Shown in pieces: positions 45,395 through 54,534 of a stretch of DNA of 64,000 nucleotides. The position numbers were made by a program, and so were the translations under genes. Below the pieces are notes generated by a model, which saw nothing but the letters and a program-made list of their open reading frames with translations, did no database searches and was not told where the DNA came from. The stretch's first letter is position 1; each line of letters opens with the position of its first letter. This DNA is from an uncultured Pseudomonadota bacterium (lineage in GTDB: Bacteria > Pseudomonadota > Alphaproteobacteria > Rs-D84): the NCBI GenBank assembly GCA_902784345.1, contig CACZUD010000003.1, forward strand, positions 27,876 to 91,875, written 5' to 3'.

Positions 45395-48300
45395 ATGACA
45401 AATATGTTGCAAAAGATATTTGGACAAATAGAAACCAAGGAACAGTTTGATGCTTTGCGTATTTCTATTGCGTCCCCAGAAGAAATTCTGTCTTGGTCGC
45501 ATGGTGAAGTTAAAAAGCCTGAAACAATCAACTATCATTCCTTGAAACCAGAAGCAGAAGGTTTGTTCTGTCAACAAATCTTTGGACCTGTGAAAGATTA
45601 CGAATGTGCATGCGGAAAATATAAACGCATTAAATTCCGCGGTGTTGTTTGTGAACGTTGCGGTGTGGAAGTTGGTTCTTCTGCTGTTCGTCGTGAACGC
45701 ATGGGACACATTAAATTGGCAATTCCTGTGGCACACACTTGGTTTTTACGCGAAGGCAAAATTGCCACTTTGTTGAACAATTTACCACAAAAGAAATTGG
45801 AACAAGTTATTTCTTATGATGCGTATATTGTTACAGAACCAGGTTTAACCAGTTTAAAACAATATGATGTTATCAGCGAAGATGAATATCAGGCAGCCAT
45901 TGAAGAATTCGGTGAAGATTCTTTCCATGTTGGTATTGGTGCCGAAGGTATTCGTTCCATCATTGCAAATCTTGATATGGGTGATGAAAGAACACGTTTG
46001 CGTGCTGAATTGGCAGAAACAAAATCAGAAGCAAAACGTAAAGCAATTATCAAACAATTAAAGTTGGTTGAATCTTTCCTTGATTCAAAAACAGAACCAC
46101 AATGGATGTTGCCGGATGTTATTCCTGTAATTCCACCAGATATGCGTCCTTTGGTTACATTGGATGCGGGACACGTTGCAACATCTGATTTGAACGATTT
46201 GTATCGTCGTGTAATTATTCGTAACAATCGTTTGAAAAGATTTATGGAAATGCACGCACCTGAAATCATCGTTCGTAACGAAAAACGCATGTTGCAAGAA
46301 GCGGTTGATTCTTTGTTCGATAATGGACACAAGGCACGTCCAATGGTTTCACAAAACCGTCGTCCATTGAAATCATTATCTGATTCTTTGCGTGGTAAAC
46401 AAGGTCGTTTCCGTATGAACATGTTGGGTAAACGTGTAGATTATTCAGGACGTAGTGTTATTACACCTGGACCAACATTGCGTATGCACCAAGTTGGTTT
46501 GCCAAAAACAATGGCTTTGGAATTGTTTAAACCATTTGTTTTCGCAAAATTGTTGGCTGGTGATTATGCAAACACTTTGAAAACAGCGCGTCGTATGGTC
46601 GAAGCAGGTGAAGATATCGTATGGGAAATTTTGGAAAAAGTTATTTACCAACATCCTGTATTGTTAAATCGTGCTCCATCTTTGCACAGATTGTCGCTTA
46701 TCGCTTTTGAACCGGTTTTGATTGAAGGTAAAGCAATTCGTTTGCATCCATTGGTATGTAAAGGATTTAATGCTGACTTTGACGGTGACCAGATGTCTGT
46801 ACACGTTCCAATCTCGCTCGAAGCGCAGCTTGAAGCACGTACATTAATGTTGGCAACAAATAACGTATTGTCACCTGCAAATGGTGAACCAATGACTGTT
46901 CCATCTCAGGACATGGTTTTGGGTGTTTACTATATCTCGTTGATGAACGGTGAACACGATGAAAAGAAATCACCAAGATTTTCTGGTATGGACGAAGTTA
47001 AATTGGCTTTGGAAAACAAAACAATCACATTGCATACACCAATTTATGCTCGTATCAATGGTAAAACATACGCTACAACAGCAGGTCGTATGATTTTGGG
47101 TGAATTGTTGCCAAAGTCTGACAATATGCCATTTGATTTGGTTAACAAAGTTATGCCAGTGAAAGAAATCAAAAAATTGTTGGCGACAACATATGAACGT
47201 TGTGGCGACAAAGCGATGATTTTGTTGGCTGACGCGTTGAAAGATACTGGATTTGAACAGGCTGTACGCAGTGGTATTTCTATTGGTTTTGACGATATTG
47301 TTGTTCCTGCTGATAAAGAAGCAATGATTGCAAAATCTGAAAAAGCAGCAGCAGAAATCGAAGCTCAATATCAAAACGGTTTGCTTTCCAGTGGTGAACG
47401 TCATAATAAATTGATTGACTTGTGGCAACACACCACAGACGAATTGGGTGATAAAGCATATGCGTCTTTGGGTAATACTAGTGGCGATAAATGGAATTCT
47501 ATCCATATGATGGCTTTGTCGGGTGCTCGTGGTTCCAAAGGTCAGATTCAGCAGTTGGCAGGTATGCGTGGTATGATGCAGAAACCAGACGGTTCTATTA
47601 TCGAAGTTCCTATTATTTCGAACTTTAAAGAAGGTCTGACCATGTCTGAATACTTTACATCAACACACGGTGCGCGTAAAGGTATGTCAGATACGGCTTT
47701 GAAGACAGCAAGTGCTGGTTATTTGACACGTCGTTTGGTTAATTTGGCAATCAACACAGTTATCACAGAACACGATTGTGGAACACACGAATTTATTACT
47801 GCAAAACCAGTATATCAAGGTTCTACATTGACAGTTGCGCTGGGTGATGTGGTGTTGGGACGTACTGCGGCTCACGATATTGTTCATCCTTTGACCAAAG
47901 AAGTCATCGTGAAAGCAGGCGATTTAATCACAAAAGCAGCCGCGCGTCAAATCAATGAATCTGGTCTTCCATCTGTTGATGTACGCAGCGTTTTGACATG
48001 TCAAAGTGATGGTTTGTGTGCAAAATGTTATGGTATGGATTTGTCCCGTAACGCATTGGTACACGTTGGCGAAGCGGTTGGTTTGATTGCTGGACAATCA
48101 ATTGGTGAACCTGGAACACAGTTGACTTTGCGTACCTTCCACATTGGTGGTATTGCAGAAGGTGGTTCTGAATCTCACTTTATTGAAATGCCAGTTGCTG
48201 GAAAAATCAAATTTGATAACGTGAATACAATCACTAATTCTGCTGGTCGTGTTGTTGTGTTGTCGCGTACTGGTAAGATTGGTGTTGTTGACGGTGATGG

Positions 48301-49507
48301 TAAAGAATTATTTACTGTTGCATTGCCATACGCATCTATGTTGTTGGTCAACGAAGGTGATAAAGTCGAAAAAGGTCAAAAAGTTGCAGAATGGGATCCA
48401 TATTCCAATACAATTATTGCAGAAAAAGACGGTATTGTATCGTTCAACGATTTGATTGAAAACGTTTCTTACCAAGAAGAAGTCGATTCAATGACAGGTA
48501 TCGTTTCCCGCAAGGTAATTAACTGGAAAGCGAATACCAAAAAAGCACTCAGCCCATCTATCAGATTGGTTGATGACAAAGGCAATGTGATTTCACTTGG
48601 TGGCAAAAAAATCGCAGAATATTTGTTGCCAACATATTCAACCTTGAATGTGTCGAATGGTGATAAAATACATGCTGGCGATATTTTGGCACGTATCCCT
48701 GTACAATCAAAGAAAACAGGCGATATTACCGGGGGGCTTCCACGTGTTGAAGAATTGTTGGAAATCCGTCGTCCTGCGAATCCTGCGTTGTTGGCCGAAA
48801 TTGACGGTACAGTCGAATTAGAAGATGCAAAATCTAAAATCATAATTCGTATTGAACCAACAGACGGCACAGCACCTGTGGAATACGCAGTACCAAAAGG
48901 AACTAATTTATTGGTTCGCAGCGGTGATATAGTGCGCAAAGCCGATAAATTGGTCGATGGTGACCCGGTACCACAAGACATCTTGCGTATCCTTGGTCAA
49001 AAAGCATTGGCACAATTTATGGTTGAACAGGTACAACAAGTTTATCGCTTGCAGGGTGTGTCTATCAACGACAAACACATTGAAATTTTGATACGTGAAA
49101 TGACACGTCGTGTGGAAGTCAGCGACCCTGGTGATACAGCGTTCCTGTCTGGACAAGTTATCGATCGCGTTGATTTCGAAGAAGAAAACGCACGTGTTGC
49201 AAAAGACGGTGGTCGTGTTGCCGAAGCTTCTCAAGTTTTGGTAGGGCTTACACGTGCGTCGCTAACTTCACGTTCATTTATATCCAATGCAGCGTTCCAA
49301 CAAACAACGAAAGTGTTAGTTGATGCGGCAATCAATGGTTCTACGGATAAATTGGTTGGTGTGAACGAAAACTTGGCTGTTGGTCGTTTGATACCAATTG
49401 GAACTGGCGCGTATGTTCGTCGTGTTCGCGAAATCGCGAAACAAGAAGAACGTGCTGAAAAATTGGCACGCGAAGGTGGCGAACAACAACAGTTGTTGGA
49501 TATCTAA
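45395..49507 (+). CDS. rpoC: DNA-directed RNA polymerase subunit beta'
   Basis: Zn finger CACGKYKRIKFRGVVCERCGVEV, catalytic NADFDGDQM, trigger-loop and bridge-helix regions. Confidence 0.96.
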   Translation: MTNMLQKIFGQIETKEQFDALRISIASPEEILSWSHGEVKKPETINYHSLKPEAEGLFCQQIFGPVKDYECACGKYKRIKFRGVVCERCGVEVGSSAVRRERMGHIKLAIPVAHTWFLREGKIATLLNNLPQKKLEQVISYDAYIVTEPGLTSLKQYDVISEDEYQAAIEEFGEDSFHVGIGAEGIRSIIANLDMGDERTRLRAELAETKSEAKRKAIIKQLKLVESFLDSKTEPQWMLPDVIPVIPPDMRPLVTLDAGHVATSDLNDLYRRVIIRNNRLKRFMEMHAPEIIVRNEKRMLQEAVDSLFDNGHKARPMVSQNRRPLKSLSDSLRGKQGRFRMNMLGKRVDYSGRSVITPGPTLRMHQVGLPKTMALELFKPFVFAKLLAGDYANTLKTARRMVEAGEDIVWEILEKVIYQHPVLLNRAPSLHRLSLIAFEPVLIEGKAIRLHPLVCKGFNADFDGDQMSVHVPISLEAQLEARTLMLATNNVLSPANGEPMTVPSQDMVLGVYYISLMNGEHDEKKSPRFSGMDEVKLALENKTITLHTPIYARINGKTYATTAGRMILGELLPKSDNMPFDLVNKVMPVKEIKKLLATTYERCGDKAMILLADALKDTGFEQAVRSGISIGFDDIVVPADKEAMIAKSEKAAAEIEAQYQNGLLSSGERHNKLIDLWQHTTDELGDKAYASLGNTSGDKWNSIHMMALSGARGSKGQIQQLAGMRGMMQKPDGSIIEVPIISNFKEGLTMSEYFTSTHGARKGMSDTALKTASAGYLTRRLVNLAINTVITEHDCGTHEFITAKPVYQGSTLTVALGDVVLGRTAAHDIVHPLTKEVIVKAGDLITKAAARQINESGLPSVDVRSVLTCQSDGLCAKCYGMDLSRNALVHVGEAVGLIAGQSIGEPGTQLTLRTFHIGGIAEGGSESHFIEMPVAGKIKFDNVNTITNSAGRVVVLSRTGKIGVVDGDGKELFTVALPYASMLLVNEGDKVEKGQKVAEWDPYSNTIIAEKDGIVSFNDLIENVSYQEEVDSMTGIVSRKVINWKANTKKALSPSIRLVDDKGNVISLGGKKIAEYLLPTYSTLNVSNGDKIHAGDILARIPVQSKKTGDITGGLPRVEELLEIRRPANPALLAEIDGTVELEDAKSKIIIRIEPTDGTAPVEYAVPKGTNLLVRSGDIVRKADKLVDGDPVPQDILRILGQKALAQFMVEQVQQVYRLQGVSINDKHIEILIREMTRRVEVSDPGDTAFLSGQVIDRVDFEEENARVAKDGGRVAEASQVLVGLTRASLTSRSFISNAAFQQTTKVLVDAAINGSTDKLVGVNENLAVGRLIPIGTGAYVRRVREIAKQEERAEKLAREGGEQQQLLDI

Positions 49508-49519
49508 TAAAACAAACAT

Positions 49520-49560
49520 GTACCCGGTATTTTTGCATTTGCAAAATGCCGGGTGTTTTA
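49520..49560 (+). terminator. rho-independent terminator after rpoC
   Basis: Long hairpin acccggtatttttgca/tgcaaaatgccgggt followed by TTTT. Confidence 0.65.
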
Positions 49561-49573
49561 TGGAATCAAAGAA

Positions 49574-49972
49574 ATGAAAGAAATACCTGCGATTTTTTGT
49601 GATATAGATGGCGTTGTAACGCACAAATTTGCAGTGCCAAACTATGACCATTTTGGTGAACCAAATGAAACAATGATTCCAGTATTGGAATGTTTGGGGC
49701 GCGAATTCACTTTGGTCTTTATCACTGGTCGTTGGGCGATGGGTCAAGAAAAAGTCGAAAAATTACTTAACGATTTATTGCCAAACGCAAAAAAGTTGGT
49801 TTTTTGTAAAGCACATGATTATCCTGGTACAACGGCAGAATACAAATTGGAAACAATAAAAAATCTGGAAAAAGCGGGCTATAAATTTCATTTCGGCATA
49901 GATGACCACAGTGCTGTTGTAGGTCTTATGCATAATCATGGTATGTTTATTGCCCAGGCGTTAAGTGATTAA
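49574..49972 (+). CDS. small HAD-superfamily phosphatase-like protein
   Basis: Motif I IFCDIDGVVT, motif II LVFITGR, late acidic motif GIDDH. 132 aa. Confidence 0.5.
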   Translation: MKEIPAIFCDIDGVVTHKFAVPNYDHFGEPNETMIPVLECLGREFTLVFITGRWAMGQEKVEKLLNDLLPNAKKLVFCKAHDYPGTTAEYKLETIKNLEKAGYKFHFGIDDHSAVVGLMHNHGMFIAQALSD

Positions 49973-50043
49973 ACAAGTATTTTTTACTTGCAAATGGCGA
50001 AGAATTGAATAGAATTAACAAAGTTAAATAAAAGGACTGTAAA

Positions 50044-50193
50044 ATGGCAACACCAAAAAGTAAAACAAGTAAAGCACGTTCTGCACAACGCCGCTCTCAT
50101 GATGCATTGTCTGTAATGCCGGTCAGCGTTTGCAAAAAATGTGGCGAAAAGAAACGCCCACATCATGTTTGCCCTGCGTGTGGTTCAAAATAA
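50044..50193 (+). CDS. rpmF: 50S ribosomal protein L32
   Basis: Not in the ORF track. Hand translation gives MATPKSKTSKARSAQRRSHDALSVMPVSVCKKCGEKKRPHHVCPACGSK. Classic rpmF-plsX linkage. Confidence 0.92.
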   Translation: MATPKSKTSKARSAQRRSHDALSVMPVSVCKKCGEKKRPHHVCPACGSK

Positions 50194-50258
50194 TACTTGA
50201 TTAAGGGAAATTAAGGGGCGCGGGATATTTTATCCACTTGCCCCTTTTTTATTTAAAA

Positions 50259-51329
50259 ATGTCAGATACAAAAAAAATAATTTCAGTTGATGCGATGGGT
50301 GGGGATCATGCACCCGGTGCTGTTTTGGGCGGAATGAATCAGTTTCTTTATCAGTATGGTGAAGATACAGTGTTTTTTCGTGTGTTTGGTAATGAAAAAA
50401 AATTGCGTCCGATGTTAAAAAGGTTTCCGCGTGTTGCGCGCAACTGTGAAATTATTCATACAGAAGGCGTTATTTCTGGGACAGACAAAGTGCGCGATGT
50501 TATTCGCCATGCCCAAGATACGTCTATGTACATGGCAATCAAAGATGTTCGCGAAGGCAATTCTTCTGCGGTTGTGTCTGCTGGTAATACAGGTGTTTTG
50601 ATGGCTTTGTCCAAATTGGCACTGAAAACAGTTGACGGTATTTCACGTCCTGCGATAACAACAATGTTGCCGTCTGGGAATGGCGACACACGTGTTGTTG
50701 GTCTTGATTTGGGCGCCAATGTCCATTGTGACGAAGAAATATTGTTTGACTTTTCTATTTTGGGCAGCGTTTATGCCGAAATCATCGGTGGAATGAAACG
50801 TCCACGCGTTGGTATTTTGAATATTGGGGCCGAAGAAACCAAGGGCAACGAAACACTGCAACGTTTGAATAAAATTTTAACAGAACATATCGATGAATTG
50901 CCTTATGAATACATCGGATTCGTTGAAGGTAATGATGTTACATCTGGGAATGTCCAAGTTGTCGTCACAGATGGCTTTACAGGCAATGTTATGTTAAAAA
51001 CAGTAGAAGGTACCGCAAAAATGATTTCACGCATTGTAAAGGCAAATTACAAGCGTTCATTGATTGCTATATTGGGTACTTTTTTCTTGGTCCATTTGTT
51101 TAAACGGTTAAAGAATAAAATAGACCCGCGTTCATATGCCGGGGCTGTGTTCTTGGGACTTAATGGGTTTTCAATAAAAACACATGGAAATTCAGATGCA
51201 CTTGCATGGTCGCATGCGTTGGAATATGCGGTGAATTTGTCTAATTCTGACTTTTATGGGCAGATACGCGAAAGAACAGAAAAACTTTCCAATATCAAAG
51301 AAGAAATAAAAAATCTGGATGCAGAATAA
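50259..51329 (+). CDS. plsX: phosphate acyltransferase PlsX
   Basis: Start MSDTKKIISVDAMGGDHAPG. SAGNTGVLMA, GILNIGAEE, VVVTDGFTGNVMLK. Confidence 0.93.
   Translation: MSDTKKIISVDAMGGDHAPGAVLGGMNQFLYQYGEDTVFFRVFGNEKKLRPMLKRFPRVARNCEIIHTEGVISGTDKVRDVIRHAQDTSMYMAIKDVREGNSSAVVSAGNTGVLMALSKLALKTVDGISRPAITTMLPSGNGDTRVVGLDLGANVHCDEEILFDFSILGSVYAEIIGGMKRPRVGILNIGAEETKGNETLQRLNKILTEHIDELPYEYIGFVEGNDVTSGNVQVVVTDGFTGNVMLKTVEGTAKMISRIVKANYKRSLIAILGTFFLVHLFKRLKNKIDPRSYAGAVFLGLNGFSIKTHGNSDALAWSHALEYAVNLSNSDFYGQIRERTEKLSNIKEEIKNLDAE
51246..51329 (+). repeat. plsX 3'-end, copy 1 of a direct repeat (68 nt identical to 51878-51945, then divergent to the stop)
   Basis: tctgacttttatggg...gaagaaataaaaaa is identical in both copies. 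The tails encode ...KNLDAE* (copy 1) and ...KKLETAE* (copy 2). Confidence 0.95.
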
Positions 51330-51877
51330 TTTCCCTCCCACGGAGGGGAGGGCTAGTTCGGAGTCGAGAGCAAATTCCCCGCCTGGGGCGGGGTGGATTG
51401 TGCGTCAGCACAAGACGGGGAGGGTTGATATTAGAATCTATTAATATTATGTTTTATCCATAGCAACACATTTGACATATCTTGTTTTACATCTTTATCT
51501 GATATCCTTACTACATGTATCCCCAAAGATTCCATATATTCATCTCGCTCTTTATCGTATTCGTATTTATCATCGTGCGACCAACCATCAATTTCTATAA
51601 CTAGTTTCTTTTCACGACAATAAAAATCTGCAATATAATTTCCGATTGGTTTTTGTCGCGTAAACCGAACCCCTAATTTGCAATGTTGCAACTCTTGCCA
51701 CAGTAAAACCTCTGACAAATTACCAGCTTTACGATTGGCTCTCGACAGACCTTTAAGTTGTTTATTATATGCATACATATTTCAATTTTATGTGTAATTT
51801 ATAGCGGTTGCAATATAAATATTCAACCCTCCCCGTCACCTTCGGTGCCACCCCGCCCCGGGCGGGGAATACAAGCA
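51330..51877. mobile_element. DUF559-endonuclease cassette bounded by GC-rich imperfect inverted repeats, inserted at the plsX 3' end
   Basis: Left 51374-51432 (attccccgcctggggcggggtgg...gacggggagggttgatat) versus the reverse complement of right 51819-51870 (attccccgcccggggcggggtgg...gacggggagggttgaatat). Strongly GC-rich against an AT-rich background. Flanked by the duplicated plsX tail. Confidence 0.55.
51431..51778 (-). CDS. DUF559 (Vsr-like, PD-(D/E)xK fold) endonuclease domain protein
   Basis: 115 aa. SEVLLWQELQ...LGVRFTRQKPIGNYIADFYCREKKLVIEIDGWSHD...DKERDEYMESLGIHVVRISDKDV is the typical DUF559 pattern. Confidence 0.8.
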   Translation of the reverse strand: MYAYNKQLKGLSRANRKAGNLSEVLLWQELQHCKLGVRFTRQKPIGNYIADFYCREKKLVIEIDGWSHDDKYEYDKERDEYMESLGIHVVRISDKDVKQDMSNVLLWIKHNINRF

Positions 51878-51964
51878 TCTGACTTTTATGGGCAGATACG
51901 CGAAAGAACAGAAAAACTTTCCAATATCAAAGAAGAAATAAAAAAATTAGAAACCGCAGAATAA
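51878..51964 (+). repeat. plsX 3'-end, copy 2 (orphaned, followed by the native-looking terminator)
   Basis: See copy 1. In frame it would encode SDFYGQIRERTEKLSNIKEEIKKLETAE*. Confidence 0.95.
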
Positions 51965-51978
51965 TAAAAAAATTAAAT

Positions 51979-52007
51979 AAAAAAACCGCCGATACGGCGG
52001 TTTTTTG
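51979..52007. terminator. bidirectional rho-independent terminator
   Basis: accgccg-ata-cggcggt with flanking A-run and T-run. Confidence 0.75.
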
Positions 52008-52008
52008 T

Positions 52009-54384
52009 TTATTCAACTGTGCAACCTGTTAACGTTATTCTGCCAGTAGGTACACCACTTACCATTTCTTCTGTTAAGACATCTGTATATCCGTCCGGAC
52101 AAGAGCAACGTGTTACCTGACCACCAGTAGATACTGTCTGGACGCTGTTGTTAAATTTTGGACATACGGTGCACTTTGTTGTCAATCCGTTGTCGTCCAA
52201 ATAAGTACCAGAAGGACAATTGATAGATATACTTGCAACCCAATCGTTCATTGCGCGCAATGTTAACTTGGTTCCGTCTTTTGGTGTATAACCATTGACC
52301 GACATACATGTTGTAATTTCTGCTACGCATGCATTAACAGCGGTACGAGATACCGTAGATGTGGTATTAGAATCGTCATATCCATTTGAAGACAGGCATG
52401 ATTGTACATCACCACGGCATCCTTCGGCATAATCTGCAATCAAAGCATCCTGTTGAACCTTTATCTTTGGCAAAGTGGTGTCCAAATACATGCGAACTGC
52501 TTCGTTGTCAATGACATATTCTGAACCTGTTTTGTTGCTTTTAATTTTGAATGTATAATCTTGACATTGTTTCATAATGGATGCGCACATACCATGAACT
52601 TTGTCATTGTTGTCAATATAACCAATTTTTTGCAACAAGTAAAAGGCTATATTAGGTGTTGATAAATTCTTGTCGTAATCGGCTTTCCAGTCGCCCAATG
52701 CTTCTTGGACATATCCGCCTAAGTTTTCTGTTTGACCCTTGCTCCATGCATTAAGGCCGGAACCATAATTCCATGTTGCATACAAATCATACATACCACC
52801 ACTGGTCCAGCTTGCATAACCGTTAGCGCTGTCTATATCTGATTGATTAACAGTCTGTCCACCAGAAATACCAGGTGTAGATCCTTTTACAACTTCACCG
52901 TTTGCAATGAATTTGCCGGTTGGATCCAAACATAATTCATAGTCAGAACCGCAAACATATTCGTCTTGCATACATGAATCAATTGCCGCAACACAACCAC
53001 GCAAATCATAAGAATTCTTGTTTTGTGTCAACAACAAACGCGCCTGTTGCAAGATGTTTGTTGCATTGAACACATTGTTTTTCATTTCTTTGTTTGCTTC
53101 GGTTAATGCACGTTCATACGCAATACATTGCTTGTCAATTTCCAAATCATAAGAATTTGTAATTACGTTTGCATCAATACCTTGGGCGGTACAAGAATTC
53201 AAAACAGCCGTTTTGCAACGATTCGTCGCTGTTTTATACAATTGTTCGCCACGTTGATTTGAAACACTGGTTGTATTTGTTGTTTTTGTGCTGCCCAAGA
53301 ATGAATTCAAATCGAATCCAGATGTAAAGTCAGCATCCAATAATCCGTTTAAATCCAACGAAAGACCACTGGTCATTTCGTATGTAGAAGAAGCATTTGG
53401 TGTTGAAATATCAACGACTTTACGTTTAATTGCATCCAAACTGGTCTTTAACTGTGAAGAATCAGAATTAGATTTCATCGCCAATTCTGCTTCTGTTTCT
53501 GCAAACAGAGCTTCAATTTGTGGACCACTTAAACCAATATATCTGATTTTTTGAATGGCTTCTTGGAATTGTTCTGTTGCAGCCTCTAAAGCTTTTTCTG
53601 TTTTCTCATAATTCTTTAAGTTCTTAGAGCAAGAACAACGACCCTGATTATCATCCAAAACATTACAATAATTATCCATACATGCTGCATATTGTGCCTG
53701 ACAGTATTCTGTCAATTCTGCAACCGCTGTCAAAGTAGATGTTGTGGAAGAAACGTCTTCTTCTGTGATAACAGGTGTAGTAGATGTCGTAGATGTTGAT
53801 AAACGAATACCTGAACTTGGAGAACGACGTGTTGCGACACTTACGCGTGCAGTATTAGAAGGATTATATAAAGAAGAGTTCGAACCTTCTATTACAGTTG
53901 CCTGATTAGATGGCAATGATCTGCTTGTTGCAGACATAACAGTATTACCAGCCGTCCCAACACGTGCAGTTACTGGCTTGGCGGTCTGTGCGCCGCGTGC
54001 CGTCACGCTGGCACGAGAAGAAACTGTAGAAGAAGGTCTGTTAACAACGCCTGTCGTACGTGCAGCACGTGAAGTTGTTCCGCGAGCCACTGTTGCGCGT
54101 GGAGATGATGCCATTGCACGGGAAGATGTGTTTGTGCGTGCAGAACCAGAATTTGCCGCGGACGATATTGCACGAGATGCAGTTGTAGAACGGTTTATCG
54201 TATTACGTTGGGCAACAGCCTGTGGTTGAACAATTTCTTGTTCTTTTGTGGCAACTTCACCGTCATTAAGCATTTCATCAGTGTATTCGACAATTTCGTC
54301 GTAATAAACCGGTGCAACCTCTGCAAATGCAGGCAAAACCAGTATTCCACTTAATACAGTAATAAATCTTTTCATGTTAGACAT
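52009..54384 (-). CDS. hypothetical exported protein, 791 aa (basic Ser/Thr/Arg/Ala-rich low-complexity region plus Cys-rich body)
   Basis: Signal peptide MKRFITVLSGILVLPAFA. Residues about 57-200 are low complexity, of the type SRAISSAANSGSARTNTSSRAMASSPRATVARGTTSRAARTTG. More than 30 Cys, including YCQAQYAACMDNYC...RCSCS, and a C-terminal CPSGTYLDDNGLTTKCTVCP furin-like repeat. Confidence 0.7.
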   Translation of the reverse strand: MSNMKRFITVLSGILVLPAFAEVAPVYYDEIVEYTDEMLNDGEVATKEQEIVQPQAVAQRNTINRSTTASRAISSAANSGSARTNTSSRAMASSPRATVARGTTSRAARTTGVVNRPSSTVSSRASVTARGAQTAKPVTARVGTAGNTVMSATSRSLPSNQATVIEGSNSSLYNPSNTARVSVATRRSPSSGIRLSTSTTSTTPVITEEDVSSTTSTLTAVAELTEYCQAQYAACMDNYCNVLDDNQGRCSCSKNLKNYEKTEKALEAATEQFQEAIQKIRYIGLSGPQIEALFAETEAELAMKSNSDSSQLKTSLDAIKRKVVDISTPNASSTYEMTSGLSLDLNGLLDADFTSGFDLNSFLGSTKTTNTTSVSNQRGEQLYKTATNRCKTAVLNSCTAQGIDANVITNSYDLEIDKQCIAYERALTEANKEMKNNVFNATNILQQARLLLTQNKNSYDLRGCVAAIDSCMQDEYVCGSDYELCLDPTGKFIANGEVVKGSTPGISGGQTVNQSDIDSANGYASWTSGGMYDLYATWNYGSGLNAWSKGQTENLGGYVQEALGDWKADYDKNLSTPNIAFYLLQKIGYIDNNDKVHGMCASIMKQCQDYTFKIKSNKTGSEYVIDNEAVRMYLDTTLPKIKVQQDALIADYAEGCRGDVQSCLSSNGYDDSNTTSTVSRTAVNACVAEITTCMSVNGYTPKDGTKLTLRAMNDWVASISINCPSGTYLDDNGLTTKCTVCPKFNNSVQTVSTGGQVTRCSCPDGYTDVLTEEMVSGVPTGRITLTGCTVE

Positions 54385-54504
54385 CCTTCCTTTTATACGA
54401 CAATTTTATCATAAATATAAATGCTATACAAGCAGAAAAATATTTTTTTGCATAAGATTTTTATGTTTGATAAAAAATTTTTTTTAAAAAATGCATTTTT
54501 ATAC

Positions 54505-54534
54505 TTGACCTGCGAATCGATTTTGTTTTAAGAT
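54505..54534 (+). promoter_or_regulatory. candidate sigma70 promoter for the 54707 gene (the spacer contains GAATC within gcgaatcgatt)
   Basis: TTGACC, 18-nt spacer, TAAGAT. Confidence 0.35.

Noticed and set aside
45889-48981. Long antisense ORFs inside rpoC (45889-46422, 46970-47506, 48469-48981), and similar ones in rpoB, gyrA, the RND pump, virB10 and ldh
   Set aside because: They lie opposite strongly supported genes, lack RBS and motifs, and have skewed composition. These are the usual shadow ORFs of highly expressed genes.
50230-50238. DnaA-box-like TTATCCACT upstream of plsX
   Set aside because: It is a single 8/9 match with no cluster of boxes and no AT-rich unwinding element. It also lies inside a terminator-like hairpin between rpmF and plsX. 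It is not evidence for an origin.
51333-51432. tRNA-like or tRNA-derived identity of the GC-rich left flank of the DUF559 cassette
   Set aside because: CCCTCCC at 51333 can pair with GGGAGGG at 51418, and three hairpins lie between them. But the spacing (78 nt inside) is wrong, there is no GTTCRANYC T-loop or D-loop signature, and no anticodon-arm geometry.
51758-51964. 68-aa plus-strand ORF ending in the plsX-like tail
   Set aside because: It is a chimera. It starts antisense to the DUF559 gene start, crosses the GC-rich inverted repeat (giving PSPSPSVPPRPGRG), and then runs into the orphaned second copy of the plsX 3' end. I interpret it as a by-product of the duplication, not a gene.
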